DNA of 57,488 nucleotides from Thermoanaerobaculum aquaticum. GTDB taxonomy: Bacteria > Acidobacteriota > UBA4820. The position numbers were made by a program, and so were the translations under genes. The notes beneath the pieces were generated by a model. That model was not told the origin of the DNA. It was given only the letters and a program-made list of their open reading frames with translations, and did no database searches. Positions 24,606-36,169 of the stretch are shown piece by piece. The DNA is taken from positions 1 through 57,488 of the forward strand of contig DYJZ01000002.1 of NCBI GenBank assembly GCA_020722885.1, given 5' to 3'. Positions within the stretch are counted from its first letter, which is position 1, and every line of letters begins with the position of its first letter.

Positions 24606-25574
24606 TTAAACTTTCATTCCAAGAGTAAGATTTAACTTTTCAAGAAAATCATTTATTTCCGCAAGGGCTTTCTGTCCTATATTTCTGCCTTTCATAATAT
24701 CATTTTCGGTCATTTTGACAAGGTCCCTGACAGTTTTAACTTCCAATTCCTCAAGAGCGTTTAAAACTCTTTTGCTTAATTCTTGTTCGGCAATTTTAAG
24801 AGAAAGAACTTTGTTTAAATCTGTTTTTGGCTTTTTCTGTTTTAATAACTGCTCTTCCGTTTCAACAGGGGAGAGAACTTGTTCGCCGATTTTTCCGAAA
24901 AGTGAAAGATGGTCTGAAAGAAGTTCAGACGCTGTTTTCAAGGCATCCTTTGGATTAATGGTTCCTTTGGTCCATATTTCTATCTTTAATTTATCGTAAT
25001 CTGTTGATTCTCCAACTCTTGTCTGGGTAACCTCAAAATTAACTTTCGTTACAGGATTGTAGATGGCATCAACTGGAACAAAGAGTGGATCGTCCGTCTT
25101 GTTGAGCTCTGAAGGAATATATCCTCTTCCATTTTTTACAATCATTTTCATATCAAGGGAACCCTCTTCGTTTATTGTCGCAATATGGTGATCCTTGTTA
25201 ATTATTTCTATATTTGCATCATGCTGAATGTCTCCCGCTTTCAGATCGGAAGGTCCTTTAACTTTGAGTTTTATTATTTGTGGCTCATCGTTTCTATTGA
25301 TCAAGTGTATTCCTTTAAGGTTGAGAATGATGTCTGTAACATCCTCCTTTACACCAGGAATAGAAGTAAATTCGTGAAGAACTCCGTTAATCTGCACGGC
25401 TGTTATAGCACTTCCTTCAATCGAAGAAAGTAGAACTCTTCTTAATGCGTTTCCCAGTGTTGTTCCCCATCCTCTTTCAAGCGGCTGCAAAACAAACTCT
25501 CCGTAAGTGTCGGTAAGAGTCTTCATATTGCATTCAACAGCATTGGGCTTAATAAGTGGCTGTGTCATCTGCAT
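24606..25574 (-). CDS. rpoA: DNA-directed RNA polymerase subunit alpha
   Basis: 322 aa with conserved N- and C-terminal domains. Operon position between rpsD and rplQ. Confidence 0.95.
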   Translation of the reverse strand: MQMTQPLIKPNAVECNMKTLTDTYGEFVLQPLERGWGTTLGNALRRVLLSSIEGSAITAVQINGVLHEFTSIPGVKEDVTDIILNLKGIHLINRNDEPQIIKLKVKGPSDLKAGDIQHDANIEIINKDHHIATINEEGSLDMKMIVKNGRGYIPSELNKTDDPLFVPVDAIYNPVTKVNFEVTQTRVGESTDYDKLKIEIWTKGTINPKDALKTASELLSDHLSLFGKIGEQVLSPVETEEQLLKQKKPKTDLNKVLSLKIAEQELSKRVLNALEELEVKTVRDLVKMTENDIMKGRNIGQKALAEINDFLEKLNLTLGMKV

Positions 25575-25600
25575 TCCTTTCCTTGAATTAACAAATTCAA

Positions 25601-26227
25601 TTACTTCGAGTAAAGTTCAACAATAAGCTGCTCGTTAATCGGATAGAGTATGTCGCTTCTCTTAGGCTCTCTCAAAACTTTTCCTTTTAAATTGTCAGAA
25701 TCAAGCTCAAGCCATTCAGGAATTCCTCTGCCTTTTGCCGAACTAAGTGCCTGTTCAACAAATGTGTTTTTTGCTGCTTTAGGAGTTATAGTAATCAAAT
25801 CAGCTGGCTTTACCTGATAATTCGGGACATCAACTTTTTTACCGTTGACAAGGACAGCGCCGTGTGAAACCAGTTGTCTTGCCTGAGGACGCGATGTTGA
25901 AAAACCAAGTCGGTAAACAACATTGTCAAGTCTTCTTTCCAGAAGTGTCAAAAGAATTTCACCCGTAATACCTTTTTTCAAGGAGGCTTTTTTGAAGTAG
26001 TTTCTAAACTGTCTTTCAAGAATTCCGTAAATCCTTTTAACTTTCTGTTTTTCTCTTAGTTGAGCCCCATAGCCAATAACTCTGCCTCTTCTCTTTCCAT
26101 GTTGACCGGGAGGAACATTTCTTTTTTCAAGGGCACATTTTTCTTTGAAGCACCGATCTCCCTTCAGGAAAAGCTTTTCGCCTTCTCGGCGGCACAGACG
26201 ACATACTGATTGATGATATCTTGCCAA
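25601..26227 (-). CDS. rpsD: 30S ribosomal protein S4
   Basis: [17 protein letters not shown]-terminus and operon position. Confidence 0.95.
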   Translation of the reverse strand: MARYHQSVCRLCRREGEKLFLKGDRCFKEKCALEKRNVPPGQHGKRRGRVIGYGAQLREKQKVKRIYGILERQFRNYFKKASLKKGITGEILLTLLERRLDNVVYRLGFSTSRPQARQLVSHGAVLVNGKKVDVPNYQVKPADLITITPKAAKNTFVEQALSSAKGRGIPEWLELDSDNLKGKVLREPKRSDILYPINEQLIVELYSK

Positions 26228-26243
26228 GTGAACCTCCTTTTAC

Positions 26244-26636
26244 TTATACTCTTCTTCTTTTTGGGGGACGACAACCGTTGTGAGGTATTGGAGTTATGTC
26301 CCTGAGCGACCTGATTCTTATACCGGAAGCCTGTATAGCCCTTATGGCAGATTCCCTTCCGCTCCCCGGTCCCTGAATATATATATCCGCTTCTCTCATC
26401 CCATTTTCAAGTGCCTTGTCTACAGCGTTCTTGGCTGCCACCTGAGCTGCAAAGGGTGTACCTTTTTTAGTTCCTTTAAATCCCGAACCACCGGCTGTTG
26501 CCCAGCAGATCGTTCCGCCTTCAAGGTCTGTAACTGTAACTATGGTGTTGTTGAAAGAAGCGCTAATGTAAATTCTTCCCTGAGGAATATTTTTCTTCTC
26601 TTTTTTAGGCGCTCTTTTTACTGAGGGTTTTGCCAT
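26244..26636 (-). CDS. rpsK: 30S ribosomal protein S11
   Basis: Sequence and operon position. Confidence 0.95.
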   Translation of the reverse strand: MAKPSVKRAPKKEKKNIPQGRIYISASFNNTIVTVTDLEGGTICWATAGGSGFKGTKKGTPFAAQVAAKNAVDKALENGMREADIYIQGPGSGRESAIRAIQASGIRIRSLRDITPIPHNGCRPPKRRRV

Positions 26637-26656
26637 TTTGTCTCCTTCCTCCTATA

Positions 26657-27034
26657 TTACTTCGTAACTTTCTTCTTGCCCGCAATAGCTCTTCTGGGAC
26701 CCTTGTGGGTTCGTGCATTTGTGTGAGTTCTCTGCCCCCTGACAGGAAGCCCGGCTTTATGCCTTAAACCCCTGTAGCACTGAATATCCATAAGCCTTCT
26801 GATGTCAATTTGAATTTTCTTCCGCAAATCACCTTCCACTTCCCCACCTTCCTGAATAGCTTTTCTTATTTTGCTTACCTGCTCTTCGGTTAGATCCTTC
26901 ACTCTAATGTCTGGATCGACCCCGGCAATTTTTAGAATTTCATTCGATCTGGCTCTTCCTATTCCGAAAATATAGGTCAAGCCTATCTCAATCCTTTTGT
27001 TAAGTGGTAAATCAACACCTGCTATTCTCGCCAC
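26657..27034 (-). CDS. rpsM: 30S ribosomal protein S13
   Basis: [11 protein letters not shown]-terminus and operon position. Confidence 0.95.
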   Translation of the reverse strand: MARIAGVDLPLNKRIEIGLTYIFGIGRARSNEILKIAGVDPDIRVKDLTEEQVSKIRKAIQEGGEVEGDLRKKIQIDIRRLMDIQCYRGLRHKAGLPVRGQRTHTNARTHKGPRRAIAGKKKVTK

Positions 27035-27046
27035 TTTTTCACCTCC

Positions 27047-27160
27047 CTAACCTTGACGCTGCTTGTGTTTAGGGTTTTCACAGATTACTCTGATTACCCC
27101 TTTTCTTTTAACTATCTTGCATTTGGAACAGATTTTTTTTACTGACGCTCTTACTTTCAT
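27047..27160 (-). CDS. rpmJ: 50S ribosomal protein L36 (zinc form)
   Basis: Below the ORF-track size cutoff. Manual translation gives [37 protein letters not shown]. Lies between infA and rpsM. Confidence 0.9.
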   Translation of the reverse strand: MKVRASVKKICSKCKIVKRKGVIRVICENPKHKQRQG

Positions 27161-27171
27161 TTTAGACTCCG

Positions 27172-27393
27172 TTAATTTTTAAACCTATAAACAATTCTTC
27201 CTCTATTTAAATCGTATGGGGAAAGTTCCACAAGAATCTGGTCTCCAGGAAGTATTCTTATGTAATTCTTCCTCATTTTTCCAGATATGTGAGCAAGGAC
27301 CCTGTGTCCGTTTTCCAGTTCAACTCTGAACATAGCATTCGGGAGGGCTTCTTTTACAACAGCTTTCATCTGGATAACATCGTCCTTACTCAT
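27172..27393 (-). CDS. infA: translation initiation factor IF-1
   Basis: 73-aa S1-like fold sequence, [25 protein letters not shown]. Confidence 0.95.
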   Translation of the reverse strand: MSKDDVIQMKAVVKEALPNAMFRVELENGHRVLAHISGKMRKNYIRILPGDQILVELSPYDLNRGRIVYRFKN

Positions 27394-28142
27394 AAATTAG
27401 AAACTCCCAAAACAATCGGTCCATCTTCTACCACTGCAACACTATACTCAAAATGTGCCGACCTTTCTCCATCTTTTGTTTTCACTGTCCATCCGTCCTT
27501 TTCAATAAGAACTTCGCTACTACCGGCATTTACCATCGGCTCTATAGCAAGTACCATTCCACATTTTATTGGATAGGTTGGTTTTTCGGTGTAAAAGTTT
27601 GGAACTTGAGGCTCCTCGTGCAAATTCTTTCCAATTCCATGTCCAACAAAGTCTCTTACCACAGAAAAACCATTTTTTACAACATAATCTTCTATTGCTT
27701 TTGAAATGTCAGATATTTTTGCCCCTTCTTTTACCTGTTTAATTCCTGCTTCAAGGGATTTCTTTGTTACATTTATAAGTTTTTCGTCTTCTAAAGCAAT
27801 TTCCCCGACAGGGCAGGTTCTTGCGGCATCTCCGTAGTATCCTTGATAAAGAACTCCAAAATCAAGAGAAACAATGTCCCCTTCTTTAAGCACTCTATCT
27901 GAAGGAATTCCGTGAACAACCTCATCATTGACCGATACACATAGCGAGGCTGGATAGCCGTGATAATTCTTAAAAGCAGGAATCCCCCCTTCTTTAACAG
28001 TAATATCTTCTGAAATTCGGTCAAGTTCTTTTGTTCTGACTCCTGGCCTTATCCTCTCCTCAAGAACATCAAGAACTTTGAGAACAATCTGGTTAGCCCT
28101 GTTCATAATTTTAATCTCTTCCCTGCTCTTCAAATAAATCAA
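27390..28142 (-). CDS. map: type I methionine aminopeptidase
   Basis: 250 aa with conserved metal-ligand regions. Lies between adk and infA. Confidence 0.93.
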   Translation of the reverse strand: MIYLKSREEIKIMNRANQIVLKVLDVLEERIRPGVRTKELDRISEDITVKEGGIPAFKNYHGYPASLCVSVNDEVVHGIPSDRVLKEGDIVSLDFGVLYQGYYGDAARTCPVGEIALEDEKLINVTKKSLEAGIKQVKEGAKISDISKAIEDYVVKNGFSVVRDFVGHGIGKNLHEEPQVPNFYTEKPTYPIKCGMVLAIEPMVNAGSSEVLIEKDGWTVKTKDGERSAHFEYSVAVVEDGPIVLGVSNL

Positions 28143-28792
28143 TTCAACTTCTCCAGCACTTTTTCTAAAATCTCCTCCGGTGCTCCTGTGCCCTCTATTT
28201 TTAAAAATTTGGCACTTTTAGAAAAAAAATCAAGCACTGGCTCCGTCTTCTGATGATAAACAAGAAGTCTCTGTCTGACCGTATTCTCCTTGTCGTCGTC
28301 TCTCAAAATAAGGTCTGTTCCACAGCTGTCACATTTATTATCATTTTTTGGAGGATTCGTTATTAGATTGAAAACCATTCCACACTCAGGACAGGACCTT
28401 CTGTTTTTTAACCTTTTAACAATTTCATCATCTGAAACTGATATTTCAAGAACGATGACATCTTTGAAAATGTTCTTTTCTGAAAGAATCTCTTTAAGAG
28501 TTTCAGATTGGCTGATGTTTCTCGGGTAACCGTCAAGCAAAAATCCTTCCTGGCAGTCTTCCTCGTTAAGTCGTTCTCTAATTATTTTCTCAAGGAGTAA
28601 ATCGGAGACAAGCTCTCCCCTTTCCATAACTTGCTTTACTTCTCTTGATAAAGGAGTTTCTTTTTTAACAGATTCTCTCAAAATATCCCCTGTGGATATA
28701 TGCGGAATTTTAAGCTTTTCAGAAATCATTTTTGCCTGCGTTCCCTTGCCAGCTCCCGGTGGCCCAAGGAGAACTATGAATCTGCTCCTCAT
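28139..28792 (-). CDS. adk: adenylate kinase (4-Cys zinc lid)
   Basis: GPPGAGKGTQ. Lid CPECG...CDSCG. Confidence 0.95.
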   Translation of the reverse strand: MRSRFIVLLGPPGAGKGTQAKMISEKLKIPHISTGDILRESVKKETPLSREVKQVMERGELVSDLLLEKIIRERLNEEDCQEGFLLDGYPRNISQSETLKEILSEKNIFKDVIVLEISVSDDEIVKRLKNRRSCPECGMVFNLITNPPKNDNKCDSCGTDLILRDDDKENTVRQRLLVYHQKTEPVLDFFSKSAKFLKIEGTGAPEEILEKVLEKLN

Positions 28793-30195
28793 CCTCTTCT
28801 ACCTCTAATCCTTGTTCTCTTCGAAAAACCTTCGTAATGTCTCATTATAAGTTGAGATTCCACCTGCTGGATCGTATCCATTGCAACTCCAACAACAATA
28901 AGCAGAGAAGTCCCACCAAAATAGAACTGAACTTTGAATCCGTTAAGAATCCAGTCAAGGTGCATGGTCTTAAAAGATGATTCTATGTAGCTTCCTATTC
29001 CCCACAAATGATGAAGCGGTAGACCGCTCATCAGTACAACAGGCAGAATTGCCACTATAATCAAATAGAGACATCCGGCAAAAATTAGTTTTGTAAGGGT
29101 TTTGTATAGATATTCTGCAGTATTTTTCCCGGGCCTTATCCCGGGTATAAATCCACCATATTTCTTTAAATTGTCAGCAAGTTCGTCCGGATTAAAAACA
29201 ATACTCATATAAAAATAGGTAAAGATTACAATCAAAACCGCATACAGAAACAGATATGTGAGTGTTCCATAACTTAAATATTCGGAAAGTACCTTTACTG
29301 CGGCAAATTTCTCAAGAGCCGGCAGTTGAAGAATTGTTGCAGGAAGTCCCAGAAGAGAAACCGCAAAAATAATTGAAATAACTCCGACAGGATTAAGTTT
29401 TAACGGGAAATATACCGATTGTCCCCCCATCATTTTATTTCCAACCATTCTTTTGGCATATTGAACCGGGATTCTTCTCTGCGCTCTCTCGAAATAAACT
29501 ATGAATGCAACAACCGCAACCATAAATACGAGAAGGACAAGGATCGCAAGAATTGATATATTGCCCTGACTCCACTGTTCGAAGGTTTTTATTATTGCTG
29601 GAATTAGTCCTACGACAATCCCTGCAAAAATCATTAGTGAAATTCCGTTCCCAATTCCTCTTGCAGTTATCTGTTCTCCAAGCCACATTATAAATGTAGC
29701 ACCTGCTGTTAAAATTATCACAACAGAAATGTGATACCAGATATTTGGATTTGCAACTACACGAATACCGCCTGGACTGACAAGGTTTTTAACCCAGTAT
29801 GATATTCCGAGAGATTGAACCACACAAATAAAAATTGTAGCGTATCTTGTATATTGGTTGATTTTCTTTCTTCCTTCTGCTCCTCCCTCTTTTTGCAGTT
29901 TGGCAAGGTATGGCCAGACAACAACCAGAAGAGAAAAAATGATCTGAGCAGTTATGTACGGCATAATACCGAGAGCAAAAATTGTACATCTTGCAAACGC
30001 TCCACCCGAAAAAATGTTCCAGAAGCCGAGTATTCCCGAAGCATACTGTTTGAAAAACTCTTGAAGGGCAAGAGCGTTAACACCCGGTGTCGGTATTTGA
30101 GCCCCTATTCTGTAAACCATCAGCATCAGAAAAGTAAAAATTACTCTTTTTCTTAAATCAGGAATTTTAAATATGTTCTGGAAAGCTTCTATCAC
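28789..30195 (-). CDS. secY: preprotein translocase subunit SecY
   Basis: 468-aa polytopic protein at the spc operon position. Confidence 0.95.
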   Translation of the reverse strand: MIEAFQNIFKIPDLRKRVIFTFLMLMVYRIGAQIPTPGVNALALQEFFKQYASGILGFWNIFSGGAFARCTIFALGIMPYITAQIIFSLLVVVWPYLAKLQKEGGAEGRKKINQYTRYATIFICVVQSLGISYWVKNLVSPGGIRVVANPNIWYHISVVIILTAGATFIMWLGEQITARGIGNGISLMIFAGIVVGLIPAIIKTFEQWSQGNISILAILVLLVFMVAVVAFIVYFERAQRRIPVQYAKRMVGNKMMGGQSVYFPLKLNPVGVISIIFAVSLLGLPATILQLPALEKFAAVKVLSEYLSYGTLTYLFLYAVLIVIFTYFYMSIVFNPDELADNLKKYGGFIPGIRPGKNTAEYLYKTLTKLIFAGCLYLIIVAILPVVLMSGLPLHHLWGIGSYIESSFKTMHLDWILNGFKVQFYFGGTSLLIVVGVAMDTIQQVESQLIMRHYEGFSKRTRIRGRRG

Positions 30196-30198
30196 TTG

Positions 30199-30654
30199 TT
30201 ATTCTCCCTTTTTCACCTGTTCCGCTTTTCCACCAACTTTTTGAATCGCCTCTGCTGCTGATTTTGAAAAAGCGTCAACATACAAAGTAAAAGACTTTTT
30301 TATCCCGCCTTTTAAGAGAATTTTTACCGGTTTTTTTGTATCTTTTATCAAGCCAACCTCTTTGAGTGCTTTTTTATCAATCACTGCACCTGATTCAAAT
30401 AACCTGTCAAGATTCCCTGTATTGACTATTTGCCACTCTTTTTTAAATATATTTGTAAAACCTCTCTTAGGAAGTCTTCTTTGAAGTGGCATCTGCCCAC
30501 CTTCAAAACCCGGATGAATACTGAATCCTGACCTCGATTTCTGGCCGTTCTGGCCCCTGCAGGAAGTTTTACCATGCCCTGAGCCTGGCCCTCTGCCCAC
30601 TCTCTTTGGCTTTTTAACGGAACCTTTGCTGGGTTTGAGTTCACTCAGAAACAT
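30199..30654 (-). CDS. rplO: 50S ribosomal protein L15
   Basis: Start at MFLSELKPSKGS...KRVGRG. The longer tracked ORF adds 7 codons. Confidence 0.92.
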   Translation of the reverse strand: MFLSELKPSKGSVKKPKRVGRGPGSGHGKTSCRGQNGQKSRSGFSIHPGFEGGQMPLQRRLPKRGFTNIFKKEWQIVNTGNLDRLFESGAVIDKKALKEVGLIKDTKKPVKILLKGGIKKSFTLYVDAFSKSAAEAIQKVGGKAEQVKKGE

Positions 30655-30862
30655 TTTTCTCTCCAATCTCTTCAACTTTAAGAAGATGTTTTGCTTTAAA
30701 TATCATTCCTCTGATTTCCGGACAGTCAGGGTATGTTCTTTTTCTGTTTAGTTTTCTTAATCCCATACTCCAGACCACTTTCCTTATCTTTTCGGTTTCA
30801 GGTTTTCCGATCAGAGTAACTGTAAGCTTATTTTCATTCTTGGGTTTCTTTCTGCCAGCCAT
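30641..30862 (-). CDS. rpmD: 50S ribosomal protein L30
   Basis: Position between rpsE and rplO. Contains LTVTLIGKPETEKIRKVVWSMGLRKL. Confidence 0.88.
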   Translation of the reverse strand: MAGRKKPKNENKLTVTLIGKPETEKIRKVVWSMGLRKLNRKRTYPDCPEIRGMIFKAKHLLKVEEIGEKNVSE

Positions 30863-30865
30863 TTT

Positions 30866-31369
30866 TTACCTCACTATCTCTTCAACTGTTTTTCCCCTTT
30901 TGAAAGCCATATTCTCAGTGTTCTGAAGCCGTTTCAAACCGTTGAGTGCAGCTTTTACAACATTCTGTGGATTATTTGTCCCGAGACATTTTGTGAGAAT
31001 ATCTCTTATTCCAGCTGCCTCCATAACTGCCCTGACTGCTCCACCTGCTATTACTCCTGTTCCTTTGGAGGCAGGTCTTAAAACAACTTTGCTTGAACCG
31101 AAATGACCAACAATCGGGTGGGGAATGGTTGTCTCCTTGAGAGATACTGAAACAAGATTTTTCTTTGCCTTCTCCGTAGCCTTTGCAACCGCAAGAGGTA
31201 CTTCTCTCGCTTTGCCCAGTCCATAGCCAATTCTGCCATGCCCATCGCCAGCAACAACAAGGGCAGAAAAGGAAAAATTCTTTCCTCCTTTAACAACTTT
31301 TGTCACTCTCCTGACTGAAACAACCTGTTCCTGAATTTCATATTCCTGTTCTTCAAATTTCTGAACCAT
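30866..31369 (-). CDS. rpsE: 30S ribosomal protein S5
   Basis: Sequence and operon position. Confidence 0.95.
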   Translation of the reverse strand: MVQKFEEQEYEIQEQVVSVRRVTKVVKGGKNFSFSALVVAGDGHGRIGYGLGKAREVPLAVAKATEKAKKNLVSVSLKETTIPHPIVGHFGSSKVVLRPASKGTGVIAGGAVRAVMEAAGIRDILTKCLGTNNPQNVVKAALNGLKRLQNTENMAFKRGKTVEEIVR

Positions 31370-31380
31370 TCGTCACCCTC

Positions 31381-31755
31381 TTAATTTAAAAGACCTGATT
31401 TGCGAATGCTGTCAGCAACCGCTTTTATTTTTCCATGATACAGATAACCTGCTCTGTCAAAAACAACTTTGCTGATTCCTTTTTCCTTAAGTCTTTCTGC
31501 TATCAGCTGACCAAGTTTTTCGGCAAATTTAAGGTTCTTCCTGGCTGTCCCTTTTTCTTTGGCAAAATCTTTTTCTACTGAAGAGGCAGAAGCCAGAGTT
31601 TTGCCTTCCTCATCATCGATTGCCTGAATGTAGAGAAACTTGTTGCTTTTATAAACACAGATCCTGGGAGTATCTGAAGTTCCAAACAGTTTTTTTCTTA
31701 TTCGCGTCTTTCGCCACAATCTTCTTTCATTTGAACTAAAATGTCTGTGATTCAT
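31381..31755 (-). CDS. rplR: 50S ribosomal protein L18
   Basis: Sequence and operon position. Confidence 0.93.
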   Translation of the reverse strand: MNHRHFSSNERRLWRKTRIRKKLFGTSDTPRICVYKSNKFLYIQAIDDEEGKTLASASSVEKDFAKEKGTARKNLKFAEKLGQLIAERLKEKGISKVVFDRAGYLYHGKIKAVADSIRKSGLLN

Positions 31756-31766
31756 TTATCACTCCC

Positions 31767-32303
31767 TTACTTCGCCTGTTTTCCGGCTTTTCTAATAAGT
31801 TTTTCGCCAGTAAAAATAATTCCTTTGCCCTTGTAGGGGTCTGGTTTTTTGTAATGTCTTATTATTGAAGCTATTTGTCCAACCAATTCCCTGTCTGCCC
31901 CTTCAACGACAATGTGTGTTCCCTTGTCAATTGATATCTTTATTCCATCAGGAATTGCAAGCTCAATTGGATGAGAGTAGCCAATGTTAAATACCGCCTT
32001 TTTTCCTTCAACCTGAGCCTTAAATCCCACTCCAACTATATCAAGCTCCTTCTTGAATCCCTTCTCCACGCCTGAAACAGCATTATATAGCAATTGACGG
32101 GTTAATCCGTGAAGTGACTTTTGCTGCGCTGAATCGTTGCTCCTTTTTACAACTATCTGGTTTTCTTCAACTTTGCAATCTATTCCTTTTGGAATAGGTA
32201 TTTTTACTTTACCTATAGGCCCCTCAATAATCGCCATTTCAGACGAAATGTTTACTTTCACTTTAGGGGAAAAAGGAATTGGTAGTTTACCTATTCTTGA
32301 CAT
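31767..32303 (-). CDS. rplF: 50S ribosomal protein L6
   Basis: MSRIGKLPIP N-terminus. Confidence 0.95.
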   Translation of the reverse strand: MSRIGKLPIPFSPKVKVNISSEMAIIEGPIGKVKIPIPKGIDCKVEENQIVVKRSNDSAQQKSLHGLTRQLLYNAVSGVEKGFKKELDIVGVGFKAQVEGKKAVFNIGYSHPIELAIPDGIKISIDKGTHIVVEGADRELVGQIASIIRHYKKPDPYKGKGIIFTGEKLIRKAGKQAK

Positions 32304-32313
32304 TTTTTTCTCC

Positions 32314-32709
32314 TTACCAAACTTTCAGAAGCACTTCGCCACCAACGTTTTGCTCTATGGCCTGCTTGTCAGTCAAAATGCCTCTGCTGGTGGAAATTAT
32401 TGCAATTCCAAGTCCATTCAAGACGGGTTCCATCTCGTCCTTTCTTTTGTAAAGTCTTCTTCCTGGACGGGATACCTTTTCAATTCCTTCTATGCAAGGC
32501 TTTCCGGAAGGAAGGTATTTCAAATCTATATTTAAAACTCCCTGCTTGTCATCGTCCACTTCCTTAAAGTTTTGAATATAGCCTTCTTCTTTTAAGATTT
32601 TGCAAATTTCTATCTTTATTTTTGACGAAGGCACCTCAACAGAATTCTTTCTTGCGGCAAGCCCGTTTCTTATTCTGGTCAACATATCTGAAATGGGATC
32701 TGTCATCAT
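32314..32709 (-). CDS. rpsH: 30S ribosomal protein S8
   Basis: TDPISDMLTRIRNG motif. Confidence 0.95.
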   Translation of the reverse strand: MMTDPISDMLTRIRNGLAARKNSVEVPSSKIKIEICKILKEEGYIQNFKEVDDDKQGVLNIDLKYLPSGKPCIEGIEKVSRPGRRLYKRKDEMEPVLNGLGIAIISTSRGILTDKQAIEQNVGGEVLLKVW

Positions 32710-32725
32710 CTCAACTTTCCTCCAT

Positions 32726-32911
32726 CTACCAGGAAGCTTTCGTCACACCTGGAAGCTGCCCCTGCAAAGCAAGCTCTCTAAGGCATAATCTACATAAAGC
32801 AAATTTCCTGTAGTATCCTCTCGGTCTTCCACACCTTCTGCATCTGTTTCTGTAACGGATCTCAAATTTGGGTTTTTTTACCATTTTTGCAAACATTTTG
32901 ACGCTAGCCAT
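32726..32911 (-). CDS. rpsN: 30S ribosomal protein S14 type Z (zinc-binding, 61 aa)
   Basis: CRRCGRPRG...CRLC. Start taken at MASVKMFAK. Confidence 0.9.
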   Translation of the reverse strand: MASVKMFAKMVKKPKFEIRYRNRCRRCGRPRGYYRKFALCRLCLRELALQGQLPGVTKASW

Positions 32912-32921
32912 ATACTCTCCT

Positions 32922-33479
32922 TTACTTCCTAAAAGGCATACCAAAACCCTTTAGCAGGGCTTTTGCTTCCATATCCGTTTTTGCGCTTGTGCAAAATGTT
33001 ATATTCATTCCCATCGCTCTCGTAACTTTGTTATAATCAACTTCAGGGAATATCAACTGATCTTTTACTCCGATAGTGTAATTACCTCGTCCGTCAAAAG
33101 ATCTATCAGGAACACCCTTAAAGTCTCTCATTCTTGGAATGGCAAGAGAAATGAACCTGTCAAGGAAATCATACATCCTTGACCCCCTCAGCGTTACACA
33201 GGCAGCAATGGGAACCCCTTTGCGCAGTTTGAAGTTACTTATCGATTTCTTTGACCTTCTTATAGCCGCTTTCTGACCTGACAGTGCAGTCAATGTCGCT
33301 ATTGCTTCATCCAGCAGTTTATGATCGTTTTTTGCTTCTCCAATACCTAAGTTGATGCTTATCTTTTTAAGTTTTGGAATCTGCATTACATTTTTGTAGC
33401 CAAACTCTTTCTTAAGGTCGTTTGTTATCTCATTCTGATAGAATTCAAAAAGTCTTGGAACATATTTCTTTGTTGCCAT
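32922..33479 (-). CDS. rplE: 50S ribosomal protein L5
   Basis: Sequence and operon position. Confidence 0.95.
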   Translation of the reverse strand: MATKKYVPRLFEFYQNEITNDLKKEFGYKNVMQIPKLKKISINLGIGEAKNDHKLLDEAIATLTALSGQKAAIRRSKKSISNFKLRKGVPIAACVTLRGSRMYDFLDRFISLAIPRMRDFKGVPDRSFDGRGNYTIGVKDQLIFPEVDYNKVTRAMGMNITFCTSAKTDMEAKALLKGFGMPFRK

Positions 33480-33481
33480 CT

Positions 33482-33811
33482 TTACGCTCCCTTAACCAGC
33501 GCTGCACCGCACTTCTTGCAAACTCTCATCTTCTTTCCTTTATCGCCAATTTGTGATTTTATGGAAGTTGGATTCTGGCAGTCTGAGCAGAAAAGTTTTA
33601 CTTTGCAAAAAGGAAGAGGTGCCTCTTTTTCAAGGATACCACCTTTAATGTTCTTTTGAGGAATTGGTCTTGTGTGTCTTTTAACAAAATTACAGTTTTC
33701 AACCAAAATGGTCCCCTTTTTGCGGTTCACACTTAGGACTCTTCCTTTTTTCCCTTTGTCTCTTCCCGATATTACTACCACCACATCGTTCTTCTTAATA
33801 GTAAGAGCCAT
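33482..33811 (-). CDS. rplX: 50S ribosomal protein L24 (with CxxC...CxxC ribbon)
   Basis: KOW motif VVVISGRDKGKKGRV. CSDC...CKKC. Confidence 0.93.
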   Translation of the reverse strand: MALTIKKNDVVVVISGRDKGKKGRVLSVNRKKGTILVENCNFVKRHTRPIPQKNIKGGILEKEAPLPFCKVKLFCSDCQNPTSIKSQIGDKGKKMRVCKKCGAALVKGA

Positions 33812-33820
33812 TCATTCCTC

Positions 33821-34192
33821 CTAAAGAACTTCCGGAGCAAGAGAGATTATTTTCATAAATTTTTTCTCCCTTAATTCTCTCGCAACGGGACCGAAAACTC
33901 TTGTCCCTATTGGTTCTCCCTTATCGTCAATAAGCACTGCCGCATTATCGTCGAATCTTATGTAAGAACCATCTTTTCTTCTCGTCTCTTTTCTCACTCT
34001 TACGATCACGGCTTTTACAACTTTCCCTTTCTTTGTATTGCTTTGTGGGATCGCCTCCTTTACGGAGCATGTTACAATATCTCCAAGTCCCGCATACTTC
34101 TTGGCTGTTGACCCGCCTTTCAATCTAATGCAGGCAATTTTTTTTGCCCCTGAATTGTCCGCAACTGTCAAAATACTCCTCATCTGTATCAT
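33821..34192 (-). CDS. rplN: 50S ribosomal protein L14
   Basis: [18 protein letters not shown]-terminus. Confidence 0.95.
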   Translation of the reverse strand: MIQMRSILTVADNSGAKKIACIRLKGGSTAKKYAGLGDIVTCSVKEAIPQSNTKKGKVVKAVIVRVRKETRRKDGSYIRFDDNAAVLIDDKGEPIGTRVFGPVARELREKKFMKIISLAPEVL

Positions 34193-34211
34193 TTGAGCCT
34201 CCTAAACGGGA

Positions 34212-34475
34212 CTATTTAGCCTTTTCAATTATTTCCTTGACAGCCCATCTCTTGAATTTGCTGATGGGTCTTGTTTCAATTATCTTTACTTTGTCTCCAA
34301 CTTTACATTCATTCTTTTCATCATGAGCCTTGAATTTCGAAGTGCGGCTTATGACTTTGCCATAAGTTGGATGAAAAAGCCTTCTTTTAACTGCTACTAC
34401 AACCGTCTTGTTCATTTTGTCGGAAACAACAACTCCAACTTTTGTCTGTCGTCTAGAGGTCTTTTTACTTTCCAT
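34212..34475 (-). CDS. rpsQ: 30S ribosomal protein S17
   Basis: Start at [21 protein letters not shown]. The tracked ORF extends a further 9 codons into rpmC. Confidence 0.9.
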   Translation of the reverse strand: MESKKTSRRQTKVGVVVSDKMNKTVVVAVKRRLFHPTYGKVISRTSKFKAHDEKNECKVGDKVKIIETRPISKFKRWAVKEIIEKAK

Positions 34476-34695
34476 TTTGAGCTCCTGCTCTTTCCTTTTC
34501 AATGATCACGGTTTTTACCCTTGCGAGCCCTTTTTTGTATGCTCTGATGATATTATGGTTTGTTATCTGCCCCGCAACAAGCTGAAACCTTAACTTTACA
34601 AGCTGCTCTTTTAATTCTTTTTCCTCGTGTTTTAACTGATCAATTGTAAATTCTCTTATCTTTTTAGTGTCTTTAAGTTCTTCCAGTTTCATCAT
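34465..34695 (-). CDS. rpmC: 50S ribosomal protein L29
   Basis: Sequence and operon position. Confidence 0.92.
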   Translation of the reverse strand: MMKLEELKDTKKIREFTIDQLKHEEKELKEQLVKLRFQLVAGQITNHNIIRAYKKGLARVKTVIIEKERAGAQNGK

Positions 34696-35117
34696 TGTAG
34701 CAACTCCTGCTCTCTTCTGGAGACTATTTTAGTCTTTATGGGAAGTTTATGAGCGGCAAGGGTGAAGGCTTCTGCCGCTGTTTCCACAGAAACTCCTTCG
34801 AGTTCAAAAAGGATTCTGCCCGGCTTTACAACAGCAACCCATCCTTCAACATTTCCTTTTCCTTTACCCATTCTGGTTTCAAGAGGTTTTTTGGTGTAGG
34901 GTTTGTCTGGAAATATTCTTATCCACAGTTTGCCGTTTCTTTTGATGAACCTGTTTATAGCAATACGCCCCGCCTCTATCTGTCTGCTTGTTATCCAGGC
35001 GGGCTCAAGCGCCATAAGGCCAAAATCACCAAAACTGACAAACTGCCCTCTTGTGGCTGTACCTTTCCTTCTGCCTCTCTGTTGTTTCCTGTATTTGACT
35101 TTTTTGGGCATTAACAT
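34692..35117 (-). CDS. rplP: 50S ribosomal protein L16
   Basis: [17 protein letters not shown]-terminus. Confidence 0.95.
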   Translation of the reverse strand: MLMPKKVKYRKQQRGRRKGTATRGQFVSFGDFGLMALEPAWITSRQIEAGRIAINRFIKRNGKLWIRIFPDKPYTKKPLETRMGKGKGNVEGWVAVVKPGRILFELEGVSVETAAEAFTLAAHKLPIKTKIVSRREQELLQ

Positions 35118-35129
35118 TGGAATTCTCCT

Positions 35130-35762
35130 TTATTGCTTGCTAATCTTTTCACCCTTGAAAATCCAGACTTTTATTCCTATGGTTCCATAAGTGGTGAAAG
35201 CTTCTGAAAAACCATAATCAATATCACTTCTTAAAGTTTGAAGTGGCAATCTTCCATCAAGATACCATTCGGATCTCGCTATTTCTGCACCGTTGAGTCT
35301 TCCTGAGATTTTTATTTTAATCCCGAGGGCTCCCGCCTTTCTTGAAACTTCCATTGCTCTTTTCATTGCCCTCCTGAAGGAAACCCTCTTGACGATTTGC
35401 ATCGCTATTCCATCTGCTACAAGCTGGGCATCTATTTCAGGTCTGTGAATTTCTTCTGTTTTTATGTAAACTTCTTTATCAGTTCTTTTCTGCAGATCTT
35501 CCTTGAGTTTGTCTATCTCCGCCCCTTTTTTGCCTATTATGATTCCAGGGCGGCTTGTATAAAGATATATCGTAAGTTTTTTCCCCGCTCTTTCAAGTTC
35601 AATTCTGGAAACTCCAGCATGCTGAAACCTCTTTTTGAGTTCGTTGCGCAATTTGAGGTCTTTATGCAGTTGCTCCTTGTAATTTTTTCTTGCAAACCAT
35701 TTTGATTCCCATTCTTTGTTGAAACCCAGCCTGAAACCTACAGGATGAACTTTTTGACCCAA
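35130..35762 (-). CDS. rpsC: 30S ribosomal protein S3
   Basis: TTG start at 35762 gives (M)[12 protein letters not shown] and is preceded by GGGAGGTG. The upstream 14 codons of the tracked ORF are not S3-like. Confidence 0.93.
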   Translation of the reverse strand: MGQKVHPVGFRLGFNKEWESKWFARKNYKEQLHKDLKLRNELKKRFQHAGVSRIELERAGKKLTIYLYTSRPGIIIGKKGAEIDKLKEDLQKRTDKEVYIKTEEIHRPEIDAQLVADGIAMQIVKRVSFRRAMKRAMEVSRKAGALGIKIKISGRLNGAEIARSEWYLDGRLPLQTLRSDIDYGFSEAFTTYGTIGIKVWIFKGEKISKQ

Positions 35763-35803
35763 TTGACACCTCCCGAAATACCAATTATTATAAAATTCAT
35801 GCA

Positions 35804-36160
35804 TCAGCTCCTTTTCTCTTCCTCAAGGGCTATTGTTATATGACTCTGCCTTCTTACAAATCTGAACGCTCTTCCCAATGATGCGGGCATTGTCCTTTTC
35901 CTTGTTCTCAAAGATGCCATATCAACTATCACATCTTTTACCTTAAGAGCATCAATATCAACCTGCTGGGCAGATGGTATGCTCTGAGCATTTGCAACTG
36001 CGTCGTGAAGAAGGGATTCTAAGGTCTTTGCCACTTTTTTTCTTGTAAAACTGAGTATGGCTACAGCATCGCCAACCTTTTTTCCCTTTATAAGATCCGC
36101 AACAAGCCTCGCCTTTTGTGGTGAGGTGCTGACATATTTTGCTTTCGCTTTGAAAATCAT
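35804..36160 (-). CDS. rplV: 50S ribosomal protein L22
   Basis: Sequence and operon position. Confidence 0.95.
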   Translation of the reverse strand: MIFKAKAKYVSTSPQKARLVADLIKGKKVGDAVAILSFTRKKVAKTLESLLHDAVANAQSIPSAQQVDIDALKVKDVIVDMASLRTRKRTMPASLGRAFRFVRRQSHITIALEEEKRS

Positions 36161-36169
36161 TCAAACCTC